Source: Amoebidium appalachense
Taxonomy: Eukaryota; Protista; Ichthyosporea
DNA: 64,000 nucleotides
Assembly (NCBI GenBank): GCA_963693365.1
Contig: CAVNZM010000013.1
Coordinates: forward strand, 457,317-521,316
Direction: 5' to 3'
The notes below the pieces were generated by a model that did not search any database, was not told the origin of the DNA, and was given only the letters and a program-made list of their open reading frames with translations. Of this stretch, positions 1 through 21,824 are shown piece after piece (the first letter of the stretch is position 1; the number at the start of each line of letters is the position of its first letter). The translations under genes were made by a program, and so were the position numbers.

Positions 1-216
1 CCGAGGCATAGAAGCTCTCTTTCTTGATGATGGACTCTGTTCATTCTTTCTCCTTCTTTTTGAATTACTCCGGCCCATGTTATTGTTGTTTTTGCTTTGG
101 CGATATTTTGGTCTCTTTGCAACCGTTTCTTTCCACCCTTCAATGCATAGATACACGCATACGCAACGTTGATGGCTGCCCACTTGCTGCCCAAGCGGGT
201 TTTGCCCCCCCCCCCC

Positions 217-255
<39 letters not shown>

Positions 256-276
256 CCACCACCACCATCACCAGCC

Positions 277-366
<90 letters not shown>

Positions 367-698
367 AACACACACGAACACACACGAACACACACGAACA
401 CACACACACAACACACACATACACATACACATACACACACGAACACACACACACACACACACACCTCGTTTCGAGATAACACACATGCACATGCGCAAGC
501 ACATACTCGCACATGCACAACACCTACCTAACAACCCCACATATTCCTTCCCCCTTCCCCTCCCTCCTCCCCCCCTCCCCCTCCTCCCCTCCTGCGCTGT
601 CCCATCCCACGGACCTCACCAGCCCCCCTCCCCCCGCCCCCTCCCCCCGCCTTATCCTAACGATCTTCCCCCCCCCCCCCCCCCCCCCCCCCCCACAG

Positions 699-9605
<8,907 letters not shown>

Positions 9606-10705
9606 GCTGCATCAACTTTGCCCCCAAATGCGGAGTTAGTAAGGAGTTTTTTTTGTGAGGGGGGGTTTATTTGTTTGTTTATTTCTCTTTACTGCCATTT
9701 GATGTCTTGTGTTTTGTCTTTGTTGGCTCCTACTGCATTTCCTGCTTCCGTCGGGATGGTTTATTTGTCTGGGAACGCTATCACATACATCATGATTCTA
9801 CATACTGTTATTTCCTTGGAGTTCTTTTGTCCTTTTCTTGTTTTACATTATCCTTCTGCCCTTTTATTATCATTATCATTATTATCATTATTATTGTTAT
9901 TATTATTATTATTTGGGGGGGGGGGGGGATATCTAGGTTGTCGTTTGCAACAGTTTTAGTTTGTTTCTCGTTTTGTAATTGTGTTTGAAAGTTCATGCTA
10001 TGTGCACCAGATGTATTGAATATATATGCTCTCAAGAGTTTTTTGTGGGAACAGATTCACTGGATATAAATAGTGTTTTTCATTTGTATGAGTTTGCTGT
10101 GTATACCCTGAGAGGTGGATTTAGTATCGAGTTTTGTTCTGTTTCACATTCTCGTTTTTTCACGGGCGCACGGTGTTTTTTGTATGTTCTGTTTAGTGTT
10201 GAAGTATATAGTAACGAACTTTCAATATTTCATTGGTTTTACTTTGTTCCCACATGCATACACAAGCACGCATGCACACGCACACACACACACACACAAA
10301 AACACAAACACCTGTTAGGATGTCAATGACAAAAGCATACATACGAAAGCCACACACATGCACACAACACTAAAAACTTGCACACAACACTAAAAAATTA
10401 CACTTATAGTAAAATTTTCCAACGCTTTGTGTGGTTTCATTTTGCAAACACTTCACGAAACAAACAAAACAGAATCATTTTTCCAAAAAAAAAAAGATGA
10501 ATCCTCGTCACCAGCTAAACAGACCGGTTCTGTTTTTTTCACCCCTGCCATTAGATTTGGTAGCTAAAGCTAACTCTGCTTGCAAGCTTTGAAGAAGAAA
10601 GAAAACGAATATCAAACATGTGATATTCCTTTGCTCCCCCATAATTGTGTTGGCTGGATTCTGTGGTGTCTCTCCTCTCCCCTTCCCCCCTCTACCCCTG
10701 AGCCC

Positions 10706-10753
<48 letters not shown>

Positions 10754-12130
10754 AACACACTACAACACACACACACACACACGTACACACACACACGTAC
10801 ACACAAACACACACAGGCACACACACCCCAGCCCAGCACTAAGTTTTACGCCCATATTTGCAACCGAACCGCTGGTTGCTCAATACATTCGCCTCCCCCC
10901 CCTCCCCCCCCCCCCCCCCACACACACACCACCGGTACCTCCACCACCACCATATGCAACCCTGTTGCGTTGCTGGCACACATGTGCACGTGTACACACA
11001 CAACACCCACATGTTTACACACATTCCCCTCCCCCCCACCAGCAAAAGAAAGGGTGCCTCGTTCGATTAATCCCGCCTCGGGCTCTCTCTCTCTCCTTTG
11101 GTTATATTATCGGCCTCTACACGAGATCCGTGTAAGATATTCAGCAGCGGCCCCTTGTAACTATCCCCGATAACTTCATTGGAGGCAAGCAAAAGCACAC
11201 ACGCCGGCAGTATAATCTCCCGGTTTGCACAAACACTAATAATAGGTGTTCTATAGATCTAAGAACGCATTAATAAGTAATTACCTTTAGAAGGAACAAC
11301 CCCGAGGGGGGCAAACGAAGGGTTGTTCCTTCCTTGTCGGCACAGGGGGGGGGGGGGGGGGGGTTTTGAATGCGTCAAAAAGTACGAAGTACACAAGAAC
11401 AAACGGATAACACGATGCAGAATGCAAGCCATACATAAAGAGTATGCATAATAAGCAGAGCCCATCCTCAGGGGGGGCCCACGTCATCCACAGTACCCGA
11501 GTTTCGACCTATTCCCCTCGTTAACGAAACCCAACTCAGATACTGTTTCACTTGAACATGAGTAGGTCACCCGTCTTGGGGGCTTGGTTCGAGATCGTAC
11601 TCCTCGCAAAACCTTTAATATATTGAGTGCCAACAGGCATACATTTCTTTAATTCAGGCTGGCGGGTATAAGCAGCACCCACCATATATATCCATTCGCA
11701 TGCTTCTACACAACATGTATGTACACCGGAAAAGGAAAGAAATATCACGACACAGTCACGCATGTGCGCTGCCTGTGCGTGAATACACAAGGCGCAGTAA
11801 TACCACCTCTCAGATATATATTGTTTGTTTTCACGCATGTTTTGTGTGTGTGTGTCTGTGTGCGTGTGTGTGCGTGTAGAGGAGGGAGATGGGTAAGGGG
11901 TAGGAAACAATTGCCATACGCATATGTTTGAGCTCTCAGAATGCAATAACAAAGAAATCGATGTAAAGGGAGTGTGAAAACTTCGACACGAAGAAATTGT
12001 CTGAAGATATGCCAGTTGACGAGATAGTCGGTGGATATATCCCGCAAAACCAACATCCTCAGAAACAAAAACTTCGACACCTAGTGAGATAATCGGAGGA
12101 TATATCCCGCAGAAAAAAAGATTTTTTCTC

Positions 12131-14721
12131 TTACAACAGCTCCTTGAGCATCTGCTCGTGTTCCTCCTTAATGGCATCGTACCTGGAAAGACGGAAAAAA
12201 CGTGTTAGAAACAGCAAGTTAGGAAAGATGAAAAACGTGTCGGGAAGAGGCGCGGGGGAGGGGGGGGGGGGGGGGGGGGGGGTGCTCGTTACATTTCCCT
12301 TTCCTGTGCTAGGATGTGTTGAAATGCTTTGTAAACACCCTCACCGCTAATCGAATCACCCATATATGAATACAATCCAAACCTAACACTCACAAAATAT
12401 TACACACACACACACACAGTTTGGAGGTAGATATTGGCGCGCTAACCGAGACAGCAGGAGCACGTACACAATGCCACTGTGTCTGTAATTGACGTGCCAG
12501 CTTCCTGTTGCAAACAATCAGCCCGGAGACCACGGAAAACTGTCACCGGGATAGTTTTGTTTGCGTCTCCAAGGCCCATCTCTACGCAACTAATGTGCAA
12601 GCATACATCAAAATGACAAAACACCTACTAGCACACACGGTGAGGGGTGACAAACAAGGAACAAAGAAAAACAGAGAAACGGGCACGGAAGAGAGCAAAT
12701 GCAAGAGCAAGAACATTTAGGTGTGCGGCTGCCCATACATACGTGCATGTGTGTGCGCGTGTGTGTGCGTTTGTGTGGAATTTGAGGGGAAGGGGGGAAG
12801 GGGGGGGGGGGGGGGGGGGGGGGGGGCAATCAAGCCAGGCAGAAAAACCAACAGCTTTCAGCACGCTTGGGGACACAGGAGGTGACTGGCACAACCCCCC
12901 GTGTTTGTAAAGGTGTTTTTTTGCTATTGCAAACTTAAAATAACTCCCGAAACACCACGGGAAGTGTGCTCGAAAGACGACGTTTGCAGCCAAACTAAAT
13001 GTCCTCCTCTCCCTCCCACCCCAATTGCTTGCATACACACAGTCAATACACAAATCCTAGCGGTCCCAGAGGGAGGCCGAGAGAGAGGACGGCAAGAAAG
13101 TGAGTGTGTTGTGAGTGTGTGTGTGTGTTTTTTTTTGTGTTTGTGGGGGGGGGGGGGGGGGGGGGGAACAATCGAGGTACGGAGTGGCGGACGGAGAGGA
13201 AAGGAAAGGTGGCGGAGAGGGGATTGTGGGAAGGGGGAAAGGGGGGGGGAGGGGCAGCAAAAGGGGCGCACATACTTCTTCTTCTCCTCCTGCACCTTCT
13301 CCTCCAGATCCTCATTTGCGCGCGTCAAATCGCGAATCTTTCTCTCAAACAGCTCCTTCTCCAACCCCCACGCCTCCGCCTCCTTCTTCAGTTTCTTGAT
13401 CGTCTCCTCCATCTCCTCCATCTTGTCGAGATCTTTGCTGGCAGCGCCCCCGCGGAGTTTCCTCTCTGCCTCCTCAGCGCGGCCCTCAAACTCCTTTGCC
13501 TTGGCGCTGGACTGCTCTGCGCGCTCTTCTGCTTTCTCAAGGTCGCTCTGTGGAAAGAACAAGGGAGAGATGGATGAAGGTGTGTGTGTGTAGGCGGGGG
13601 GGAGGGGGGGGGGGGAAGGGGATTTGCTTGGGTGTGCCATGTCGTTATTTGGGTGGGAGGGAGGGAAGGGGGGGTGGGGGGGGGGGGGAAAGGACATTTT
13701 GGTCAAAAGTGAATCTCAGCACACAGATCGACATCGTCCCGTCCGAAAAGTCGAAGCAACAGCCACATGCTCGCTAAAACCCAAAACCAGGGCCTTAGGT
13801 TGAGAACAGCGGCCGTGTGACAGGTTACCCCACGTTCTTCGACAACAAACACAACCCCACAGGCCGAGAAAGCCGTACACTCCCTCCCTCTCCTCCGCTA
13901 ACGCCGCTGCTCGGACCTCTTGTGCCACAGCATTCTAATCTTTATAACCCTTTAATTCACCTCTCTCCCTTCCCCTCCCTCTCTGTCTCCATATCTCCCC
14001 CCAACCTCCCCTTCTGGTCGTCCGACCCTGGAATACCCACATCACTCATCCTACAGCCCATCCCAACAAGAAGAAAACCGCATAACCAAACATAGATGAG
14101 GCAGTAAGTCCTCCCCAGGTTAGACTGAGCAACTTGGTTGGGACCAGAGGATAGGCGCAAAGACTAAGGTAAGAGGCCGGATCAACCAGAGCAAATAAAA
14201 AGAAAAAGAAGGAAGTTGAGTGAAAAGCCAAAGACCAGAAAACGGAGAGTTCGGTGTCCGTGTTCCTGTATGCTTTGCTTTCGTTGTCCATGAAGAAGAG
14301 CACAAATACTGGCTACCAAGGAGAAGCCAGATAGGGCAGAACAAGGGCAAATGGTTCCCAGAGTTCATGGGGATCTTGGCACCATTCATACGCAACCCCT
14401 CCGGGAACAGCCAGAAGCAAGCCTGTACCTGTGTGGCCGTGTGGTGCTGGTGTGTAATCAGGTATATTTTGCGCGCCCGTGCAGAATCCATTTCCTTCGG
14501 GTTTTTTTTGCGTGCGTGCGTGTGTGTGTGCATTTGCGACGACAAGTTTTTTCCCTCACCTCAAGAAGCTTGACCTTGTTTTCAAGCGACTGAATGGTGG
14601 CCTCCGCCTTGTCAGCGCGGTCCTTTGCGTCTTTCAGCGTGGCCTCAGCCTGCTCAGCCCGCTCGGTAGCCTGAGCGGCTTCCGTTTTTAGAGCCTCCAT
14701 CTTCTTCTTAATCGCCTCCAT
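12131..14721 (-). CDS. TPM: Tropomyosin, short 161-aa (Cdc8/Tpm2-length) form
   Basis: Exons 14721-14560, 13547-13276 and 12182-12131 join in phase to 486 nt (161 aa + stop). N-terminus MEAIKKKMEALK is the tropomyosin signature; continuous heptad coiled coil; ends YDAIKEEHEQMLKELL*. Confidence 0.92.
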
Positions 14722-14820
14722 TTTTGCAAATGTTGTATGGCGGCAGTGAACGAAAAGCTACCCTAAGAGACTCAAAATTTTCAAATGTGAAAAATAAAGG
14801 GAGGGAAGGTGTGGGCAGCT

Positions 14821-14906
14821 TTTTATATCCGGGCGAGGCGGCGATTTTTGAATTTTTGGAACCTTTCGATTGGTCAAAACCACCACGTGAGGAACTTTTT
14901 GATTGG
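14821..14906 (-). promoter_or_regulatory. Tropomyosin core promoter: TATA box plus two CCAAT boxes
   Basis: Minus-strand TATAAAA at 14821-14827, about 100 bp upstream of the ATG; CCAAT at 14869-14873 and 14902-14906. Confidence 0.55.
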
Positions 14907-15201
14907 TTGTTTCAAAATGACCTGCCATATATGATAAGCGGTCACCTGGTACGTCCATAGGTGAGCCAATCATATGAGGGGTTTTTTCAAAATGAGTCCC
15001 ACGGACAGGCACACTGCCGCATACATGTTTCCGTTAACACACGACCTTACGATCGCGAGCTTAGGGTTCCATGGGACATCTGCTGCACCGAAAGATCAAC
15101 CCCAAATTAAAATGGGGTTCAACTTGTTGTAACATAATTGTGTGCTTGTGTGCGTATGTTGTTGTGTGTGTTTGTGCTTTAGAAAATGATAGGCAAGTAC
15201 T

Positions 15202-16165
15202 TCACAGATCTACGTCCAACTGCATTTGTCCAATTGCAGATTTGCAGGCATTATGCAGCAGTACACCTGATTTCTTATTTCTTAGGTGCATGTGACCCTC
15301 ACTGGTGCAAGCGCCGCAGCGGCTGTGCTGGAAAATGCAGAAGGCGCACACACCTCCGGATCCACTGGGAATCAAGGGCTCCCTGGCCCAGGGACGTCGA
15401 CGTAAAGCTACCGTACATACGAAGAGATGTGAGTCACATGACCCCGGCCCGTGCTTCATCGAATACAATTTTTCAGTAAATGTACAACAGTGAAGGTACA
15501 ACAGCACTTCCCAACGCGCCTACACTCATGCAGTGACTTTCCTTCGTTTTATCCACAAATTTCACCACAATTAGAAGAACAGTAAGAAAAGGCAAATCGG
15601 ACCCCCCCCCCCCCCTCAAACACACCCTCGTGGCTCCTTTCGTCATTTCTAGGGCTTGAAAACATCAAACATACTACGAAGTTCTCAAAGGTACTCTCAG
15701 AAAGGGGGGGGGGGGGGGGGGGGGGGGGGACTCACTTTTATACTGAACCTAGCGCAGCAGCTTTCCTACCTGTACCGTTTATCAGCTCACACGAGAATTG
15801 AGGTTTGCGGTACAGGCACAGGCACAGACACGCCTTTCACCGATCTCTGGTACCTAACCTGAAATAGAGAACACACCAAATTGTCCGCGAGGTAGAGGTT
15901 TACCAGTATGCGTGCGTTTGATGACCAGCCGGTGTTGTATGCGAAAGTACTTAGGGGGTTGATGTCGATGGCGGTGATGGTGACAATGGCAATGGTTCCG
16001 ACGGAGGTGATGATGCGGATGTTGCTGTAAAATTCGGCAACCTGTGGGGGCATGTACAAGTGTTTGTGTGTGTGTGTGGTTGGGTGGGTTGGTGGGTGGG
16101 TGGATGTGTGAGTGAGTGTGGATTTATGTGTGTGTATGTGTGTGTGTGTGCGTGTGTGTGTGCCA

Positions 16166-16228
<63 letters not shown>

Positions 16229-16657
16229 TGTGTGTGTGTGTGTGTGTTCGGCATAGAGGGGTACGTGTATGTATTTGTGTGTAAATGTGTGTGTGTGTGT
16301 GTGTGTGTGTGTGCTCGGCTTTTGTGTGTGTGTGTGTGTGTGTTTTGTTTTCCTTCTTCCTTTTCTTCTTCTTTTCTTTTTTTTGGGGGGGGGGAGGGGG
16401 GAGGGGGAGGGGGGGGGGGGTCCAAGGGGAGCCCCGGCACGGTGTGTACGGTGTGGTGTGTGTGTGTGTAAAGCACGTAGGTCCGGCCCACTTAGTAACT
16501 GCTGGGTGCAATCTTTTTGGTGTGTCTTATTTTTTAGGAGTGATGGTTTGTGTGGGTGAGGGTCTGGGTGAGGGTCAATCCGTGAGTGTGGATATGCCAA
16601 AATGGGTGCATTTATTAGTGTGTGTGCGTGTGCGTGTGTGTGTGTTTGTGTGTGTGT

Positions 16658-16689
<32 letters not shown>

Positions 16690-16975
16690 ATTAACCTTGA
16701 GGTGTGTGTGGCGGCCCTTGTACGTGTGGTATGCGAGGCTCGTGCCGCACGCCAGTACCACAAAGACCATCCCGGAAGTACTTAGCGCCGTATGGTGCAA
16801 GTTCATTCCATAAGCCGCCCACCACCAAATGTACGAAGACAAGCACCCCGGGCCCGCCGCGACGACAAACGTCAACGGCAAGGCCTTGAAATATTCCATA
16901 ATTTCCTCTCGTTGCGGCCTGTTTTGGAAATTTAACAAAATCATGCGCTGGCGCAGTATCACAGCGACCAAAAAC
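15202..16975 (-). pseudogene. 3' part of a multi-pass membrane protein gene, cut at its 5' side by the transposon cluster
   Basis: Three phase-0 GT-AG exons (about 16975-16696, 16041-15859, 15519 onward) encode hydrophobic segments (LPLTFVVAAGPGCLSSYIWWWAAYG; GMVFVVLACG; IRIITSVGTIAIVTITAI). Family not recognised; end of the last exon uncertain. Confidence 0.4.
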
Positions 16976-17684
16976 ATGTTTGACGTTTTCATTGACGATT
17001 TAGCCTGCGCCCTCGAACCCTTTGGCCAACTGCATACCCGCCGTGTACCGGGTCTCCTTTTTGCGGACGATATTGTTCTTTGTTCCTTAACCGAAGATGT
17101 CATGCACCAGATGCTTCGTCAGGTGGATCAATCGGTGCACCGAGACTCTCATGACAGTCGGAATTGCAAGGTGTGCTACTTTTTCGAAGAACACTTCCTT
17201 TCGATTGGCCCGCCTCCCTATTCCTGTTCAGAGACCTATGACTATATATACTGACCGCCTCAACCATATTGCCAAATATGGCACTCGCAAGTGTATAACA
17301 CCTAAATACATATTACCTTCCTGTAGAACTGGTCTTTCTCTAGCTGATGGTATTATTGATCAATTACCACGCTTTTACTGTACACGTGCTATACAGTGGA
17401 GATCTAATAAGTATAAGGTGGCATCATTTGCATGCCCAAACAACACACACACACACCAGTTTAACCGGTCATGTATCGCCAAATGTAGTTTGATAGACCA
17501 CATAATACCGCAACACACACACGTCACATTCACAACAGACACCCAGAAAGATAGCCTACCTGTAAATTACAACATCCTTGATTTTATACTAAACACGCGT
17601 AACTACGACCTGTTTATTAGATGTATTGATTGGCTTGAGAAACACATCACTACAAAATTATAGCGCACGCGCACACACACACAC

Positions 17685-17745
<61 letters not shown>

Positions 17746-17777
17746 CCAGCTGATACCGAGTGTCCCGAGGGGAGCCC

Positions 17778-17819
<42 letters not shown>

Positions 17820-19061
17820 GGGGAACCCCAACTAATTGATTTCTCCTTGTAGTCTTTATGGTGTCTCGTAGAGAAAGTAAACCCTGATATATAGTCACCA
17901 CCCGACATCTATGTACGTGATCATGATATACCGCTGAGGGGATATTCCGAGCAACCCCCCCCCCCCCATACCTGAGACTGGTTCTCTTTGCCTCGAGTAA
18001 ACAGCGTAAACCCCCATGACTATTTGGGTATTCCTTTTACTGCACGGGGTATTGATTTCCGCAAGCTCCTCACGGCACGGATCGCTCGTGCGAAGGGTAA
18101 GCTTCACATCGTGTCAAATATGTTTCAACAGGAGTCTGTGATCCATCCTGCGAACCTTCTTCTCTACTATAAAACTTTTTTACGGCCGACTTTCGAATAT
18201 GGACTTCCGCTATTGGCCTGCGCCCCACCTCGCGAGGCGGCAATGGCGCTGAACAAGTTCGACGATTTTCAGGGTACTGCGCTACGCACTTTGTTTCGTA
18301 CTCGGTTTGTGACTCCCTTAATCAGTATGTTTGGATTGTCGTCTGCTGTTTGTCGTATGGAGGAATTGTCTCTTCGTTTTTGTTTTCATTTAGTTAGGCT
18401 ACCTGATGGTCACCCTCTTTATGCTTTCTTTCCCCCCCTCCCTCCATCCCTCTTCCCCCCCGATTCACCAACGCTACTTCTGAATGTCCTCAGCCTACCC
18501 TCTTTCCACCTGATTCTTCCTCTCGCTATCTCACTCCCTCTTTCTTTTCTCTTCCTGTTTTTTCTGCCTTGTCGCGTTATTACCATACGCAGTATAAGTT
18601 TCTTTCTCGTTCTGATAGAGAAATCAAAGGTAAAACTCAGTCGGCATGTGTTATGTTCCTTAGGCAACACCGTACTGATCATTATCGCTTTTTGGGAGCT
18701 TTGGCAGGATACATTTCTCCTGCTGTACGTATGGATACCACCCTAGTAGATAAGTCTGTATGGTGCTCTGATGTTGATATTGCCTGGGAAGTTGTGCAGT
18801 GGCGCTGTAATTCTTGTTTTCATCGCCGCTAGCTGGTGCCACTTTTGTGCTGAGTCAGCTGACCTTTTTAATCGCAAGCATGTTGATAGGTGTGAATTTT
18901 TATGTCGCGTTTTACCTCTTTCCCTCCGGGTATCTGCTACACTAGCTGGCAATGTGAACACTTTAGACTTTTTGTTGAATTCTGTTGGTCGTCACATTGA
19001 GTATTTATATGATTTTCACACAGTGTTCAGGTATCTCAGTATGCACTTGTTACTGGATAAC
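16976..19061 (+). mobile_element. Older, 5'-truncated, degenerate non-LTR retrotransposon (RT and C-terminal region), interrupted by a younger insertion
   Basis: FDVFIDDL...GLLFADDIVL, ETYDY|LGIPF (YxYLG motif split by the insertion), YKTFLRPTFEYGLPLL, QWRCN...FNRKHVDRC...LDFLLN. These parallel the motifs of the intact element; several frameshifts. Confidence 0.85.
17246..18015 (+). mobile_element. 5'-truncated copy (about 770 bp) of the young LINE, with 8-bp TSD ATGACTAT
   Basis: Near-identical to the reverse complement of 19212-19986 apart from simple-repeat lengths. TSD at 17238-17245 and 18016-18023; removing the insert restores the host YDYLG motif. Confidence 0.92.
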
Positions 19062-19409
19062 TCATGAAGTTTTTATTGTCTTCTCAGTATGCCGTGCATA
19101 CTTGCATATCTTTCCGTCGAATAAATCCAGTCAAAAGAAAAAAAACAAAAACATGCACATTCCGATGAGCGCGACCGAGAGTATCCCATTCCGAAACGAG
19201 CAAATCAATATGGGGGTTTACGCTGTTTACTCGAGGCAAAGAGAACCAGTCTCAGGTATGGGGGGGGGGGGGTTTTGCTCGGAATATCCCCTCAGCGGTA
19301 TATCATGATCACGTACATAGATGTCGGGTGGTGACTATATATCAGGGTTTACTTTCTCTACGAGACACCATAAAGACTACAAGGAGAAATCAATTAGTTG
19401 GGGTTCCCC

Positions 19410-19465
<56 letters not shown>

Positions 19466-19497
19466 GGGCTCCCCTCGGGACACTCGGTATCAGCTGG

Positions 19498-19564
<67 letters not shown>

Positions 19565-19568
19565 TGCG

Positions 19569-21824
19569 CTATAATTTTGTAGTGATGTGTTTCTCAAGCC
19601 AATCAATACATCTAATAAACAGGTCGTAGTTACGCGTGTTTAGTATAAAATCAAGGATGTTGTAATTTACAGGTAGGCTATCTTTCTGGGTGTCTGTTGT
19701 GAATGTGACGTGTGTGTGTTGCGGTATTATGTGGTCTATCAAACTACATTTGGCGATACATGACCGGTTAAACTGGTGTGTGTGTGTGTTGTTTGGGCAT
19801 GCAAATGATGCCACCTTATACTTATTAGATCTCCACTGTATAGCACGTGTACAGTAAAAGCGTGGTAATTGATCAATAATACCATCAGCTAGAGAAAGAC
19901 CAGTTCTACAGGAAGGTAATATGTATTTAGGTGTTATACACTTGCGAGTGCCATATTTGGCAATATGGTTGAGGCGGTCAGTATATATAAAACGAGACAT
20001 AAGGCTTAGTTTTTCAAGGTGTATGCTTTCATCGGGTCTAGTGTCGTGTGGTATCTTTTTCCATTTGTTATATTGCGTGATTATCTTGTGATTGTGTACA
20101 TGTTTAATAAGTAAGTGGCAGTCCAAAGTCACACACACACTATTGCGGGGTTTATTTGTATTTGTGCCCAGGGGAGAAGGGGAGAGAGAGGGGAGGAAAG
20201 AGGGGAGAGGTGAGGAGGGGACAGGTCGGATAGAGAAGAGAGGGTGGGAGGGCAAATACTTCTTTAAGCGGCTTATGTGCTTATTGAATTTCAGCGCGAG
20301 ATAGGATACTCTAGCAGCTATTGGGACCAGACCATATATCGAGAGCGTTACAGGCCCAGGTTTACAACAGTTGTTAGATAGAAAGGAGGCAACTTCTGCT
20401 TCAAGGAAATTTGCCAAGGGTTTAAGCGCTCTAGTTCTCTCTTTCTTGATCCAAGCGGCGAGAAGGGGTAAACCATATTCACATGCCGGGAAGACAAAAG
20501 TGCGAATAAATGTAAGTCTAATAGAAGGATGGAGGGGTGTGTCTTTAAAAATATTAGCCGAGAAGAAAGCTAACCGCTTACGAGCCAACTCTACCCTCTT
20601 TTCGACCATATGGGGAAACATAACACCAACAGAATCAACCGGAACACCAAGATATTTGTATTCTGGAACTATAGGTACAGGTTTAGATGATAATGTAAAT
20701 GTGTGTAAATTGTTAGCTATATCAGGTACAAGAACACCACATTTGTCTATGTTAAGGATCATAAGGTTTGCCTTGCACCACTCTGACACTACATCGAACA
20801 ATCTTTGCAGGCGTCTAGGGGTACGGGCAAGGAGGGACAGATCATCAGCATAGAGAAGTGCAGGCGGAAAGTTATTAATAGGGTCATCGTTTTCGGCGTA
20901 AATCTTGACAGCCAAATCATCTATAAATAGGTTAAACAAAAAGGGGCTAAGCAATGAACCCTGCAAGAGACCTCTAGTACGAGCAAAACCATATGAAAGA
21001 TGCCCATTAACCACAGCTCTACCATAGGTTTGAGACAAGAGTGCTTCTAACAGAACACCAATGCAGTGTGGTACACCCCGTGCAGCAAGCTTTTCCCATA
21101 GGAGACCAGGGGAGACAGAATCGTAAGCAGTTTTCCAATCAATAAAGCCAACATATTGTGCACCAACTTGCATAGAATCGTGCAGTGCCATTATTTGAAC
21201 ATAACATGAATTGTTTTTACGAAAAGCGGATTGGCATGGGTGTATGTGAAGAATAGATTGAAACCTAGGGTGATGTGCAAATAACCTAAGTAAGCAAGCT
21301 TCAAAGAATCTACGAACAACCTGGGTTAGTGTAATGGGGCGAAAGGATGATATGGGGCCCTCAGAGTCCTTCTTAACTATGGGGATCACTAAGGTATCTA
21401 ACCAAGATGACGGGACATGTCCACATTTAACACACCAAGAAAAGAGAGAGCTTAACATGATAGTAAGATCAGGTTTAATAGCACGATCACTTTCCTTTTG
21501 TGGGTAGGAGGGAACAAGGATTTTAAGAAACCCAGCAGGGAGTCCATCAGGTCCACAAGACTTACTAGAGCTATAACTAGATATCACAGACCATATGGCA
21601 TCGGGACTGAAAAAGGGGAGGATCGATTCTATGGGGATAGATGGGTCTACAGGCCACACAATAGGTTTCTGAGCGGGGGTCCTATCTTTAAACAGTTCCG
21701 AGAAATACTTATCAGAGTCTATGAGGGGGTCTCCAGTGGTATCACCAATAATACGAGCAGGGGGGCCAAATCGATTCATACTAGCAAGCCGGCGCAAGCT
21801 TTCCTTTTTGAGACAGGGGTTCAC
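19569..21824 (-). CDS. LINE ORF2, reverse transcriptase and C-terminal part
   Basis: KSCGPDGL, SFRPITL, QSAFR, FIDWKTAYDSV, GLLQGSLLSPFLFNLFIDDL, LLYADD, YKYLGV: non-LTR RT motifs in canonical order. Confidence 0.96.
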   Translation of the reverse strand: MNPCLKKESLRRLASMNRFGPPARIIGDTTGDPLIDSDKYFSELFKDRTPAQKPIVWPVDPSIPIESILPFFSPDAIWSVISSYSSSKSCGPDGLPAGFLKILVPSYPQKESDRAIKPDLTIMLSSLFSWCVKCGHVPSSWLDTLVIPIVKKDSEGPISSFRPITLTQVVRRFFEACLLRLFAHHPRFQSILHIHPCQSAFRKNNSCYVQIMALHDSMQVGAQYVGFIDWKTAYDSVSPGLLWEKLAARGVPHCIGVLLEALLSQTYGRAVVNGHLSYGFARTRGLLQGSLLSPFLFNLFIDDLAVKIYAENDDPINNFPPALLYADDLSLLARTPRRLQRLFDVVSEWCKANLMILNIDKCGVLVPDIANNLHTFTLSSKPVPIVPEYKYLGVPVDSVGVMFPHMVEKRVELARKRLAFFSANIFKDTPLHPSIRLTFIRTFVFPACEYGLPLLAAWIKKERTRALKPLANFLEAEVASFLSNNCCKPGPVTLSIYGLVPIAARVSYLALKFNKHISRLKKYLPSHPLFSIRPVPSSPLPSFLPSLSPSPLGTNTNKPRNSVCVTLDCHLLIKHVHNHKIITQYNKWKKIPHDTRPDESIHLEKLSLMSRFIYTDRLNHIAKYGTRKCITPKYILPSCRTGLSLADGIIDQLPRFYCTRAIQWRSNKYKVASFACPNNTHTHQFNRSCIAKCSLIDHIIPQHTHVTFTTDTQKDSLPVNYNILDFILNTRNYDLFIRCIDWLEKHITTKL

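Noticed and set aside
17746-18015. Hammerhead or HDV ribozyme in the LINE 3' UTR
   Set aside because: No CUGAnGA…GAAA core with matching stems and no HDV pseudoknot could be assigned by eye; needs a covariance search
17243-19989. Single element with long terminal inverted repeats (DIRS/foldback) or twin-priming inversion
   Set aside because: Each arm is a LINE 3' end with its own separate TSD; they are two insertions
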